The notes beneath the pieces were generated by a model that made no database searches, was not told the DNA's origin, and worked only from the letters and a program-made list of their open reading frames with translations. This document shows, one piece after another, positions 7,507 to 17,486 of a stretch of 47,251 bases of DNA. The stretch covers positions 1-47,251 of the IMG/VR virus record IMGVR_UViG_3300038530_003382; one strand, given 5' to 3'. The position numbers were made by a program, and so were the translations under genes. The DNA comes from a virus. Its lineage: Duplodnaviria > Caudoviricetes. The stretch's first letter is position 1, and every line of letters starts with the position of its first letter.

Positions 7507-8694
7507 TCATTTAATGTGTAATGGTTTCATTTCTGACCAGTTCTTACCGCCTTCGTGGTTTACTTTAAACTTGCCGAATCTTGTATTACTAAATAGTTTT
7601 GAAATATTATTTATCTCATGTTGATCTTCTTCTGATAAGTCAATAATCAAACTATCATGATTACAGAACTTAACAAAAGATTTTTTTCCTTGGAGAAACT
7701 CCCAAACTCCATACATTTGTTCAAAAACCAAATCTGCGGCTGTAGACTGGACAATATAATTAACCGCATGATCCTCATCAGAATCAATTTCTCTACCAAA
7801 CTGCGTATAAACTTTACCTAAAACTTTATCAAAATACATATCTTTTAGTATTTTACGGTCATAAATCTTATCTACCTTGTCATCGGTGCTATTTGGGTTA
7901 TAAAGCCAAGAAAAAATCCTTTTCTTTGCGTTTTCTCTACTTTTCGTTCTAGTAAATACATTTTTAAGATTCCAATCGTGTAAATCTTCTTGAGGTTGGT
8001 CATGACCAAGGAGGGCCAACGCGACTCGTAACTCACAAGCATTAAAGTCTAATTCAAACAACCAGTCATTAGTGGGAGTAAGAACTTGACGATATTTTTT
8101 TGGAAGTGTCATAACTGGAAACGAATTTGGTTTTGTTGCCAGTCGACCAGTAACAGTTTTAAACATATCATAATCGATATAAGGCTTACAGTTGCTCACA
8201 GTTTTAAACATGTTACGATCTTGAATTGTAAGACGTTCTATCTGTGTTGGATCTATATTTACTCTTTTTGTTCTTATGTCTGCGATAACTTTATTTATCT
8301 TCAACAACTGATCGTAATTTGTGGGTTTTGAATAACTACCAAAAACATCCTCGCAGATTTTATTTTTTATTTCTGCAAATGTTTGGAGGTAATGTTTTGG
8401 GATAAATTCATAAATACAATAATCATCAATATTTAAGCCTACTTCGTTTGCTGCTTTAAGGGCCGCTTTGATTCTTGTTTGGACGGAGGACCACTCCCCT
8501 CTAATACTTTCTGGGCAAAGCTGCTCCAGGGATTGACCCCCGGTGTAAAGATTAGCATATTCAATCTCCTTATCTTGTAGGTAAGTAGCATAAGACCATG
8601 TTTTTGTGCAGTTGTCTGTAATTTGTTCTTGAAACGTGCCTTTTTTATAAATTAAAGCACATTTGTTTTTTTCATCAAATGTCTGAAAAAGCAA
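7507..8694 (-). CDS. polA: compact family A DNA polymerase (polymerase domain only)
   Basis: TVTGRL, motif A DFNACELR, motif B RENAKKRIFSWLY, NYIVQSTAAD and motif C NHDS; probable TTG start at 8694 (AGGA SD) rather than 8733. Confidence 0.8.
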   Translation of the reverse strand: MLFQTFDEKNKCALIYKKGTFQEQITDNCTKTWSYATYLQDKEIEYANLYTGGQSLEQLCPESIRGEWSSVQTRIKAALKAANEVGLNIDDYCIYEFIPKHYLQTFAEIKNKICEDVFGSYSKPTNYDQLLKINKVIADIRTKRVNIDPTQIERLTIQDRNMFKTVSNCKPYIDYDMFKTVTGRLATKPNSFPVMTLPKKYRQVLTPTNDWLFELDFNACELRVALALLGHDQPQEDLHDWNLKNVFTRTKSRENAKKRIFSWLYNPNSTDDKVDKIYDRKILKDMYFDKVLGKVYTQFGREIDSDEDHAVNYIVQSTAADLVFEQMYGVWEFLQGKKSFVKFCNHDSLIIDLSEEDQHEINNISKLFSNTRFGKFKVNHEGGKNWSEMKPLHIK

Positions 8695-8695
8695 T

Positions 8696-10006
8696 TTAAT
8701 ATCCTGTTGTTCCGCCACCGCCACCAGATCCATCCATTCCGCTGAAGTATGATGATGCCGGTGCCATTTCTTCGGTCATACTAACTGACTTTGTTTTTCT
8801 TGTCAACTTATTAAATCTATTTTTTCTTTGTGAAGCGATGTATTTTGATAATGTATCAATTTTATTATATATATCACCTTTTGTTTTATATATATTTATC
8901 ATTAATATTTCTTGTTGTCTTTTATTCAATAATATTTTTTCTTCTTTTAATCTTATTTTAACATATATCTTTAAAAGAAAAATATCAGAATATATCCTAG
9001 TAAATTGTTGATAATCAGGTACTAAAAAATTCAATTCTAATGGTCTAAAATATATCTCTCTGATGGTTTTAAAAGAGGAATCTGATATTCTTTGTTTTAT
9101 ACAATTATTATATATTACTCTTTCGGTTCTTGGTCTATATGTAATAAATGATGAGTATGCCAAATACATGTATTTTTTAAATGATTCAAAACTAATAAAT
9201 TCAGCTTGTAAAAAATTCAAATTGAAATTATTAGCAATATTTGTTACACCGTAATTAATCATATATTGCCTCATTCTCTGTGAATTCAAATTTGCAGCAA
9301 TGGCCCATGGTACATGTTTACTAACATAAAATCCAAAACTTGCAGCTATTCTTACGTAATCATCAAAAAAATCATTTGACAAAAAGTTGTCCCATTTGTT
9401 ACCATCATCATCATAGTCGTCTGTAGCAAATTCTATTATCATACCGCTATGTCTATAGCTTACGAGAGGTGAAGATATAAAGCCAGCTAAAGTGTGAGGA
9501 ATGTCTGGGTTTACATCAACGAAAAGAATATATTCCGACGCATAATCTTCAAAGTTTTTAATTTCCGATTTATCTTTTTCTGATAAAAATGTATTAATGA
9601 AACCAGGCTCTAATGTGTTTTCAAAATAATTTTTGTAATCTAGTATCGTATCCTGATGTGCTTTTTTTGGGTTATCAAAATCAATGAAAGAGGACATTGA
9701 AGTTCTAAATTTGCTGGTGGCATCTAAAACAAAGTTTCTAAATGAAAAATATGCGTCAGCGACAAAATTTATAACCTCCAACTCTCCAGAAATTGGTAAC
9801 AAAGCATCAGGGTCTGGTATAATTAATCTTTGTTTGGTGTCTACCTTACCCCAATATGGTTTATTATACCACATATCAACTGGCTTTGGCAAGTCTTCTT
9901 CTGGATATACTTCTGGGTTGGCAACATAATATTCCCTTTGGGTAAAAAGATAATCAGATGTTAGGTCATTGTCTCCGAATGGTACTATGTCAATTTTTCT
10001 AGGCAT
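8696..10006 (-). CDS. hypothetical protein, probably virion/baseplate associated
   Basis: 436-aa ORF at the end of the baseplate cluster, preceded by the CTAATTA motif. Confidence 0.6.
   Translation of the reverse strand: MPRKIDIVPFGDNDLTSDYLFTQREYYVANPEVYPEEDLPKPVDMWYNKPYWGKVDTKQRLIIPDPDALLPISGELEVINFVADAYFSFRNFVLDATSKFRTSMSSFIDFDNPKKAHQDTILDYKNYFENTLEPGFINTFLSEKDKSEIKNFEDYASEYILFVDVNPDIPHTLAGFISSPLVSYRHSGMIIEFATDDYDDDGNKWDNFLSNDFFDDYVRIAASFGFYVSKHVPWAIAANLNSQRMRQYMINYGVTNIANNFNLNFLQAEFISFESFKKYMYLAYSSFITYRPRTERVIYNNCIKQRISDSSFKTIREIYFRPLELNFLVPDYQQFTRIYSDIFLLKIYVKIRLKEEKILLNKRQQEILMINIYKTKGDIYNKIDTLSKYIASQRKNRFNKLTRKTKSVSMTEEMAPASSYFSGMDGSGGGGGTTGY
8778..8806 (-). promoter_or_regulatory. 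sigma70-type promoter at the start of the replication block
   Basis: TTGACA-N17-TAGTAT about 85 nt upstream of the polA start, inside the preceding ORF. Confidence 0.6.
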
Positions 10007-10010
10007 AATC

Positions 10011-10017
10011 TAATTAG
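10011..10017 (-). promoter_or_regulatory. putative late promoter motif CTAATTA
   Basis: Recurring motif, 4 nt before the ATG at 10006. Confidence 0.45.
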
Positions 10018-10039
10018 GGCGCGCATTTAAAATAAATCT

Positions 10040-12901
10040 TTAATCTTTCATGTTGTTTTTCATTACTTGTGTTACTTTTTCAACAGAATTTTCGGTAAAT
10101 CCAGATCCATCAGAATTAGTTGGTTTTTGTTTGTCACTAGATTTAAGATCGTCTATCAACGCGCTAGATACTAGTTGTGATGCGCCTTCATTCGTAGTAT
10201 AGGTTTTTTTAAACTCTTTTACTGCCGTGCTAGAGTCTTCTGTCGTTTTATTTGGTTCTACTCCTTTTTTTAGTGCTTTTTTAACTTTATTATAACGTTC
10301 ACTGCTATACATCATCGCGCTAAAGTTAGTTGTAAACGAACCACCAACTGAATAATCATGAGTGACACCTCTAATATCATAAGAGCCGTCAATAAAAAAG
10401 TTGGCGCGGCCGCCCGACGCTGCGGAAGATATTAGTGTTGGGGCCAATATTCTTATGTGCATTGATAGTTGCAAGAATGGCGCCATTATGGTGCTTATGT
10501 TTGCTTTAAAAAATGATGGTATTATTTCGTTTCTATCATCACTAATTAATCTTTCCATGACTAGCTTTTGCAAATCATCATCGGTTATTTCTTCCAACTC
10601 AAATTTCTTTATGATTCCTCTGTCAACCCCTCCAAAAATGAATTCTGGCAATATACCTTTAGCTTCATCAATTGGCTTATCGCTTTTAACCCTACTAACG
10701 AAAAATAACATCGCACTATAAAGATCTTCTTGTTTAACATAAGGATTAGTGCATATTTGAAATGGCGTTTTGCTTCCTTTTGCATTTCGGACTAACGGAT
10801 ATGTTACTTGTTTAAGTTTGTAATTGCCAAAATTAGCTTGATCGTTTAGTAGTAAAACTTTTCTTTTTCTCGTCAAAGATATTAAATCTAATAATTCTTT
10901 TACAAGTTCAAAAATAGAAAAAAAGTTTTTTTGTTGACCATATAAATTTTTAGCTAAAATGTATTTTAAATTCTTAACAGCTATGGGGATATCATATATG
11001 CTTTTATCAACTTGTGCCTTACCGTTTACTACCTTACTTTCTTCAAATATATCAAATGTCATTTCAGTGAAAAGCATCATGGATTGTTTTATGCTTTTCA
11101 TGGCTCTTTCTTCATCTCCAGGCTTGTATCCTTGCATGGCAAAAATTTGAGACTCTTTTACATCATACAGTCTCTTATAAACAAGCCTCATAATATCTCC
11201 GAAAGTGACATAATCTATTTGTTTAAAATTTCCGAGGTCTTTTAACAGTTCATCACGACTTTGCTCATATCTGGAGACATCTTGTTGAGGCACGGTTTTT
11301 TTGTCTCCGCTTTTTGGCTTTGGTTTAATAGGAACTGTTACCTTACTAGGGGTAGGAGTGGTGCTGGGTTTTTTCTTCCCTGCTTTACTTGAATCACTTA
11401 ATTCTTTTGCGTCTGTTTTGGTTAATTCTGAATTATAATACTTGTATACATCGTCTGCTGTTAAATATATTGTTTTAACAATCCCAGCCTCCAAAAAATC
11501 TTTTTCATCAAAAGGAAATGTTTGATTAATTGCTTTAACCACTTCATCGTGTCTTATTGCCGCGAGTCTGTTCTTTAAAGATCTTTCTTCATCATCGAGA
11601 TCTTTTTCAGGGTCTTTTCCAGGTGTCAGTTCTCTAAATTTTTTACCTAGTTCTTCATCTGTTAAGCTGTTATTTACATTATCCACTCTCTGTTGTATGG
11701 CGTTCAAATCATCTCTAGCTGCTACTAGATCTTCTGCTTCACTACTATACATTTTAAATTCGGCTACTTGATCTTTTGTATACCCAGGAGTAAACAAACC
11801 TCCACTATCTTTTCCTTTTTTTACTCTTGCAAGTCTCTCATCATAAGCTTGTTTTTTTTTATCTACAATTTCTTTTTTCTTTTTATATTCCGAGTCTAGA
11901 TCTTTATAATATTGACTTCCTTTCGTCTTTTCACGGACTTCCTTAAAAAAGTTATTTTTTGCCTCTTCTAGAGCCTCTTTTTTCTCTCGTACCTCTTTAA
12001 GTCCGCTCTTTGTTTGATCTATTTTGTTTTGTAAGTTTAGGCCAAGAAAATCAAAAATCAAATTTGATTTAAAAAGATCTTCTTCGCGAGAGTTATACCT
12101 TACAGACACCTCTAGTTTTAAGTTTTCTTGAATTTTAATTTTTGTAATGGCCAACTGTAGTGTCAACATAAAAGACATATCTGTTGATCTTAAAGCATAC
12201 TTATTAAGTATTTCTTCATTGTTACTATCATAACTAATCGCTATTTTAGTATAATATATTGAAGTCCCTACACGACCAGATGATCTAAAAATGTCGGCAT
12301 ACGTAATTGGTAATCCAGGGGCACGACTGGTGAAAGTGTTTATGGAATCAAAAACAAAAGTTGCATCAACGAGATATTGTTTAGCAAAAAATGCCAGACT
12401 AGAACCATCTAATCTCAATGAAAGATTTTTTAAACCCATTTGATTTGTTGAATAAAAAGAAACACCAGTTGAAACCTTACTTATATCAGAGTGTTTTGAT
12501 ATTGGTATTTCAAATTGTGCGCCAGTGCTAGATTCCACTATGAAAAATTGTATTTTAGGGTATATTTGAGCTATTTCATATGGCGTTATCTGTGTTATAA
12601 AATTATTAATTGAGTCCATAGTGTCTGAAAAACTAAAGCCAGTCAATCTATTAACAGAACTAAAGCCTTTTGTGAAATAAGGCACATTAGACATTATGTT
12701 AGAATCAATTGTGGCTGTGGAATTCTGCAACACGTCTGATGTAACCGTTGGACCTGTTTTTGTGCTGATGCCTGCAGATGATAAATTTCCTATATACGCA
12801 TCAATCAAAAGCATTTGTGCGTCAAACGCATTTGGATCAATACCGCCAATCGGTTGCTCTTGTTCTGCATCTTTTCTTGAACTTCCTGCAGGTGTTCCCA
12901 T
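10040..12901 (-). CDS. putative baseplate hub protein (gp27/gpD-like) with coiled-coil insertion
   Basis: Follows the LysM-like wedge gene; C-terminal GSYDIRGVTHDYSVGGSFTTNFSA resembles hub C-terminal beta strands. Confidence 0.5.
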   Translation of the reverse strand: MGTPAGSSRKDAEQEQPIGGIDPNAFDAQMLLIDAYIGNLSSAGISTKTGPTVTSDVLQNSTATIDSNIMSNVPYFTKGFSSVNRLTGFSFSDTMDSINNFITQITPYEIAQIYPKIQFFIVESSTGAQFEIPISKHSDISKVSTGVSFYSTNQMGLKNLSLRLDGSSLAFFAKQYLVDATFVFDSINTFTSRAPGLPITYADIFRSSGRVGTSIYYTKIAISYDSNNEEILNKYALRSTDMSFMLTLQLAITKIKIQENLKLEVSVRYNSREEDLFKSNLIFDFLGLNLQNKIDQTKSGLKEVREKKEALEEAKNNFFKEVREKTKGSQYYKDLDSEYKKKKEIVDKKKQAYDERLARVKKGKDSGGLFTPGYTKDQVAEFKMYSSEAEDLVAARDDLNAIQQRVDNVNNSLTDEELGKKFRELTPGKDPEKDLDDEERSLKNRLAAIRHDEVVKAINQTFPFDEKDFLEAGIVKTIYLTADDVYKYYNSELTKTDAKELSDSSKAGKKKPSTTPTPSKVTVPIKPKPKSGDKKTVPQQDVSRYEQSRDELLKDLGNFKQIDYVTFGDIMRLVYKRLYDVKESQIFAMQGYKPGDEERAMKSIKQSMMLFTEMTFDIFEESKVVNGKAQVDKSIYDIPIAVKNLKYILAKNLYGQQKNFFSIFELVKELLDLISLTRKRKVLLLNDQANFGNYKLKQVTYPLVRNAKGSKTPFQICTNPYVKQEDLYSAMLFFVSRVKSDKPIDEAKGILPEFIFGGVDRGIIKKFELEEITDDDLQKLVMERLISDDRNEIIPSFFKANISTIMAPFLQLSMHIRILAPTLISSAASGGRANFFIDGSYDIRGVTHDYSVGGSFTTNFSAMMYSSERYNKVKKALKKGVEPNKTTEDSSTAVKEFKKTYTTNEGASQLVSSALIDDLKSSDKQKPTNSDGSGFTENSVEKVTQVMKNNMKD

Positions 12902-12904
12902 TTA

Positions 12905-13246
12905 CTAATACTCCAAAGCTCGTAAAATAAGTTCCAAGGGTGTTGGAATTTTGAGGTTTTGTCCTAATTTAACGTCTGTCTCTAGCGGAGTGCTATTATA
13001 ATACGCTATAATCCACCAATATGTAGGGTCGCCATAATATTGTGAGGAAAGTTTATAAAACCTGTCGGAGCTTACCCAGGTATGATTAATCAGTCTTATT
13101 CCTTGTATATCTTTTACTTTTAATATTTTAAATTTTCTAAAAGCATAATGATCAATTTGACTTACACCTCTATTACTTAAAATTTCATTGTATGATTGCT
13201 CTGATGTGCGCACAATTGCATTTCTAGAATATCTTGAAACTCCCAT
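12905..13246 (-). CDS. LysM-like baseplate protein (T4 gp53/P2 gpX-like)
   Basis: DRFYKLSSQYYGDPTYWWIIAYYN...G..LKIP. Confidence 0.85.
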   Translation of the reverse strand: MGVSRYSRNAIVRTSEQSYNEILSNRGVSQIDHYAFRKFKILKVKDIQGIRLINHTWVSSDRFYKLSSQYYGDPTYWWIIAYYNSTPLETDVKLGQNLKIPTPLELILRALEY

Positions 13247-13269
13247 TTAATTTATTAACTCCTTCATTG

Positions 13270-14037
13270 TTATTCGACTATAGTGCTCCCCGCATCCCCT
13301 CCAACTGATGGAGTGCCCACTACTGTGTTGGCCGTACCAACAACAGCAGGTGATTTTACTTCTTGTTCAGGATCGGTGCTGTCCAAGATTATCGTGTCTT
13401 CATTGTTTACATCGTTGTCACTAAAGAATACTTTATTATTACCAACCCACTCGTCGCGAACCCACCCGGGTGGATCTTGATGCAGCACAGTAATATTCAT
13501 TGCGATTGAAAAACCAGATTCAAAAACTTCATTTGGTTGAGCACCGGGCTGATTGTATAAAATTGGTAATGGTTGCCCCCCGGAAAATCCCGCTTCACTT
13601 GCGGGGTCAATCGTTAAGCTGCCAACTATATAACCACTTATCGGATCATATTCATAGTAACTATTATTAATGTCTTGCAAAAAATGCTCGACTCTGAAAA
13701 ATGGAGGCGACGACAAAACTCGCGCTGCGCCTCTCTTTGCATATGAATATCTCGGGTACTGAAACTTTATTAATTCTCCTACATTTTTTTGCATTTCCAC
13801 TGCACTATAATTTAGTTTTTCGTCGACATACGTATTAAAATTTATCTGCACATTTCTTTTTGTATTGCTATAAAATGGAATGTCGTCCATTTTCCCATAA
13901 GCTGGCTCCGCATTCCAAGATGGAGTTATGACATTTTTGAATGTCAACCTATTAATTAGAAATAAAATTGAAGGCTCGCCTGTTACATGCAAAGCCGTTA
14001 TCCTAATAAAGTTTCCAGTTCTTTTTCCGCCTGCCAT
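13270..14037 (-). CDS. putative tail-tube initiator/baseplate protein
   Basis: Located between the tape measure and LysM genes; W....YGKMD.I..Y..T.R and QYP.Y...L.SPP patterns. Confidence 0.55.
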   Translation of the reverse strand: MAGGKRTGNFIRITALHVTGEPSILFLINRLTFKNVITPSWNAEPAYGKMDDIPFYSNTKRNVQINFNTYVDEKLNYSAVEMQKNVGELIKFQYPRYSYAKRGAARVLSSPPFFRVEHFLQDINNSYYEYDPISGYIVGSLTIDPASEAGFSGGQPLPILYNQPGAQPNEVFESGFSIAMNITVLHQDPPGWVRDEWVGNNKVFFSDNDVNNEDTIILDSTDPEQEVKSPAVVGTANTVVGTPSVGGDAGSTIVE

Positions 14038-14054
14038 GTTTTTTTATTTATCTC

Positions 14055-16904
14055 CTAGTTTCCAAAAGCTCTATTTAGTGTTTCCACTGATATTGTTTCA
14101 ACTGTTCGTCCAAAAACTTGACCGTCCATCTCTAAAGTAATATTCATTTGTATTGGCGCTTGTGCTTGTCCGCCGGATGTCGCCACTGCTGGGGTAGTGT
14201 TTTGTGTTGCATTTGTGATCATATCAAAAAATCCTTTAATGCTGTCTCCAAAACCCTCCATTGTAGATAACATATTAGCAGTTTGTTGAGTCGGGAATAT
14301 TTCTGTAGTAGGTGAAATATTAACAGCCTCTGGACCCTGTAATCCGGATATGCCTAAAAATCCTTTAGCAAAGTCAGCTATCAATTCTGGTCCTAACTCT
14401 CCGGCCATACCACGTCCTCTTGGTGGCATTCGCATTCCTGGTCGGCGCCCTTTAAAATTAAAAATACTGTTATACAATGAGCTTGCCCTTCTACCAATAT
14501 AACCATACGCTTCGCCAAGAATGTCTTCATCCTCATCATAATATCCGCCAGCGCGCAATCCCTCATTCATTAACTCACCAGCCATGACAGCTGCGTCTGC
14601 TGCTGCATACACTTGGCCAGCTACCGGAATTGCCTTAAGTGCCGTCTTACCGGCAAGTTTTTTAGCGCCTGTTGCAGCGGCTGCTATCGCCGCTTTTTTA
14701 GCTGCTGATTTAGCAACTGTTTTAGTGCTCTGCTTGGCAACTTCTTTTGCGACTTGTTTACTGCTTTCTTTTGCAACCGTAGATGCTGCTGATTTCGTAA
14801 CGTTCGTTGTTGCTGCAGCCCCGCCTTTAACAACTCCTGTACCGGCCGCGGTAGAGGCGGCGCCTCTCGCAACCGAAGTACCGGTGCCGGCGCCCCTTGG
14901 AGTGGTGGGCTTTGGGCCGCCCTTTGGACCGCCTTTTGGACCGCCTTTTGGACCGCCGCCAGGGAGTCGTTTTAAAAGTCGACTAGCACCTGGGATGCGT
15001 CTTAAAAGCTTACCTAACATCTTAAAACCACCTAGTGCGGCAAAGGACCCCATTGCGTTGAGAAAAGAAAGAAGCCAACCACCCATCGCAGTCCCCTCTC
15101 CATTGAGGTTTTTGAGAGCGTTCGCAAGATCCTTAATCCCCTTCCCCATGATCGTCATAGATTTTACCATATCTTCTTGCAGTCGAAGCAGTCTTTCTTG
15201 AACAGTCAATAAATCATCGCTAGCGTCTTTTAAATCTTGTTGGCTTTCTGTGCCAGCTTCGACACCTTTTTTGGCTTGTTCTAAAGTTTTTATGTTCTTG
15301 TCATTGAAAATTTTTGCAGCAACATCTACGCCAACACCTAAAGTGCTAGCTAGCGCTTCTCTGCCGCGACGACTAAGATCTTCAAATGTTTTCCCACTGC
15401 TATCCATAGCGTTTCTTAATATTTCAATGCGCTCTTCTTCAGTGGCATTTAGCATTTCCATTGAGTTTACAAATGGACCCTCTAAAATAAAATTAAGTTT
15501 TCCTGCTGCTTCCATCGCAGAATCAAATGTGTCAAATTTCTTGCCTACGTTAATCAAGTCGTTCAAGGCAACGCCGGTGGCCTTTGCATTTAACTGCAGC
15601 TCTTTAAATATCTGTATACCCCGTGATAATCCATAAGTGGCCAATATGTCCATTCTTTTGTTGAGATTGTCTAGAGCTTCATTTGCGCCTACACCAATTG
15701 CCCTTGCAAAAGAAGTTATTTCCATTGTTGTGGCTCTTGCTTCGCGAGATGTCTGACCTAACGCTGTGACCAACCCATCTAAAGTCCCGGCAAACGTTTG
15801 TGTATTGACACCTAAACGATTTAAAGTTGCCGCAATTTCAGTTAATTCTCTTCTAGTTGTTTTATTAAAAGTGCTAAACGTTACAGAAGTTTGAATTAGC
15901 GATTTAAAAGCACTGTCTATTTCTTTAACCAAAAATTTACTTTTTATAGCTTTTAAGTCTGTTAGCTCTTTTCCAAACTTATTTGCAAAACCTGTAGCCC
16001 TGACAAAAAGAGCTTCAGTGTTGGCCAAGTCGAGAACTAAATCTTTTGCGATATTCAGAGGGTTCAACATATCTAAAAGTTTACCGCCAACCGCTTGTGC
16101 TGCACCCAAAGCTGCTTTTAACATATTGGCTGTTGTTAGGGTTCGTTTTAAACTTTTATCAATCCCTTGCACAACGTCTTCTAGTTTTTTTGCGCCGGTA
16201 AACGCATCAATAAAGTGATCGCTTAATGTTCTAGATGCAGATCTAATGCCAAGTGTTGAAGCCAATACGTTATCGGTTGACGCACTAACATCTTTTACAA
16301 CATCTGCTCTTAATTTTGAAGTGGTTAATAATCGATTGTTTGCAGCTATCTGTTCGTTTAGATTTTTAGTTAACCCAGTGCTGACTTGTCCTAATTTAGA
16401 TTCTTTTTCTATTAAATCATCTTTTGTTTTTAATAGTCCAGTTTCTTTTTTATTAACAAAATCATATTTTTTTTCAAGCGCCTGTTTTTCTTTTTCAATT
16501 TCTTTTAATCTTTCTTTATTGCCGCTTTCTTGTAATTCATCTATAAGTTTTTCTTTTTCTAGAATATCACCTTTTAGCTCATCTCGCTCTCTTTCTAGCT
16601 TTATAAGCTGTGAATCTATTTCTACTATGTTTGCGCTAGTAATTTCTAATTCTTTTGCAGTTTGTAGCTGTGAATTAAGTAAATCGGCGCGCCGCTGTGC
16701 AAGATCAAGCTCTATTTCCGCTTGAGTTAAAAATTCAGATTGCTTTCCCATTTCCTCGAACAGCAAATCTTTTATTTTTCGCTCTACACCTTCTTGTTTT
16801 ATTGATAGGTCTAAAAGACTTTCTTTGGTTTTTTTGGCGTCTTCCAGGGCTTTTGCGATTGCCTCGGCATTTTCCACATCTTCTTGAGTAATATTGTCTG
16901 CCAT
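14055..16904 (-). CDS. tail tape measure protein
   Basis: 949 aa, helical/coiled-coil and Ala-rich; C-terminal AGELGPELI and ITLEMDGQVFG motifs; downstream of the tail chaperones. Confidence 0.8.
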   Translation of the reverse strand: MADNITQEDVENAEAIAKALEDAKKTKESLLDLSIKQEGVERKIKDLLFEEMGKQSEFLTQAEIELDLAQRRADLLNSQLQTAKELEITSANIVEIDSQLIKLERERDELKGDILEKEKLIDELQESGNKERLKEIEKEKQALEKKYDFVNKKETGLLKTKDDLIEKESKLGQVSTGLTKNLNEQIAANNRLLTTSKLRADVVKDVSASTDNVLASTLGIRSASRTLSDHFIDAFTGAKKLEDVVQGIDKSLKRTLTTANMLKAALGAAQAVGGKLLDMLNPLNIAKDLVLDLANTEALFVRATGFANKFGKELTDLKAIKSKFLVKEIDSAFKSLIQTSVTFSTFNKTTRRELTEIAATLNRLGVNTQTFAGTLDGLVTALGQTSREARATTMEITSFARAIGVGANEALDNLNKRMDILATYGLSRGIQIFKELQLNAKATGVALNDLINVGKKFDTFDSAMEAAGKLNFILEGPFVNSMEMLNATEEERIEILRNAMDSSGKTFEDLSRRGREALASTLGVGVDVAAKIFNDKNIKTLEQAKKGVEAGTESQQDLKDASDDLLTVQERLLRLQEDMVKSMTIMGKGIKDLANALKNLNGEGTAMGGWLLSFLNAMGSFAALGGFKMLGKLLRRIPGASRLLKRLPGGGPKGGPKGGPKGGPKPTTPRGAGTGTSVARGAASTAAGTGVVKGGAAATTNVTKSAASTVAKESSKQVAKEVAKQSTKTVAKSAAKKAAIAAAATGAKKLAGKTALKAIPVAGQVYAAADAAVMAGELMNEGLRAGGYYDEDEDILGEAYGYIGRRASSLYNSIFNFKGRRPGMRMPPRGRGMAGELGPELIADFAKGFLGISGLQGPEAVNISPTTEIFPTQQTANMLSTMEGFGDSIKGFFDMITNATQNTTPAVATSGGQAQAPIQMNITLEMDGQVFGRTVETISVETLNRAFGN
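14911..14958. repeat. 12-bp tandem repeat x4 encoding GGPK in the tape measure protein
   Basis: tttgggccgccc tttggaccgcct tttggaccgcct tttggaccgccg. Confidence 0.9.
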
Positions 16905-16914
16905 TAATTACTCC

Positions 16915-17241
16915 TTATTTCAGTGGCCACTTTATGCCTGTTTCTCTCTCAAATTTTTCTATTGCTCTTTCTAAAGAATATCTATTTGATAACACCTTGG
17001 GATCGCCAAGGCCATGTTTTAAGTAAGAATCCATATATTTTTTTTCTGATGCTAAGGCTGCTGCAAATGCCGTAACATCTGGTTTTCTACCCGTGACATA
17101 AAAATTGTAAAAAGTTTCCCCAGGTTCGGCAAACATGTCATATAGCATAGCTTTAACTTTTGCACCAAAAGAAACTAAAAAAGGATTATATTCTTTAAGA
17201 AGTTTAGCCTCTTCAAGATTTATAGTTATCTTATCACTCAT
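16915..17241 (-). CDS. hypothetical phage protein
   Basis: 108-aa ORF preceded by ACTATTTA; C-terminus FERETGIKWPLK. Confidence 0.75.
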   Translation of the reverse strand: MSDKITINLEEAKLLKEYNPFLVSFGAKVKAMLYDMFAEPGETFYNFYVTGRKPDVTAFAAALASEKKYMDSYLKHGLGDPKVLSNRYSLERAIEKFERETGIKWPLK

Positions 17242-17246
17242 ACATT

Positions 17247-17254
17247 TAAATAGT
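17247..17254 (-). promoter_or_regulatory. putative late promoter motif ACTATTTA
   Basis: Recurring motif, 5 nt before the ATG at 17241. Confidence 0.5.
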
Positions 17255-17270
17255 TTTTAAAATAAATTTA

Positions 17271-17486
17271 TTAACGTCTATCGCCAACTCTAGGTGAGTA
17301 AGTTTGATTTATTTGATCTGATTCTTTTTGTTTGTGCTCTGTTAATAGAGTAAAATACCAGTTTCTTAATCCAATTGGCAAAGCATACAACTCAAATAAA
17401 CTCCATCCACCATAGTATTTCATGTAAAAAAATTGTTCGTAAATTGCTTTTACGTATGCTTCACTAAGGCCAAAAAAACTCCGCAT
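17271..17486 (-). CDS. tail assembly chaperone, second ORF or frameshift extension
   Basis: YEQFFYMKYYGGWSLFELYALPIGLRNWY; overlaps the upstream chaperone across a T7 run; possible own ATG at 17486. Confidence 0.7.
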   Translation of the reverse strand: MRSFFGLSEAYVKAIYEQFFYMKYYGGWSLFELYALPIGLRNWYFTLLTEHKQKESDQINQTYSPRVGDRR

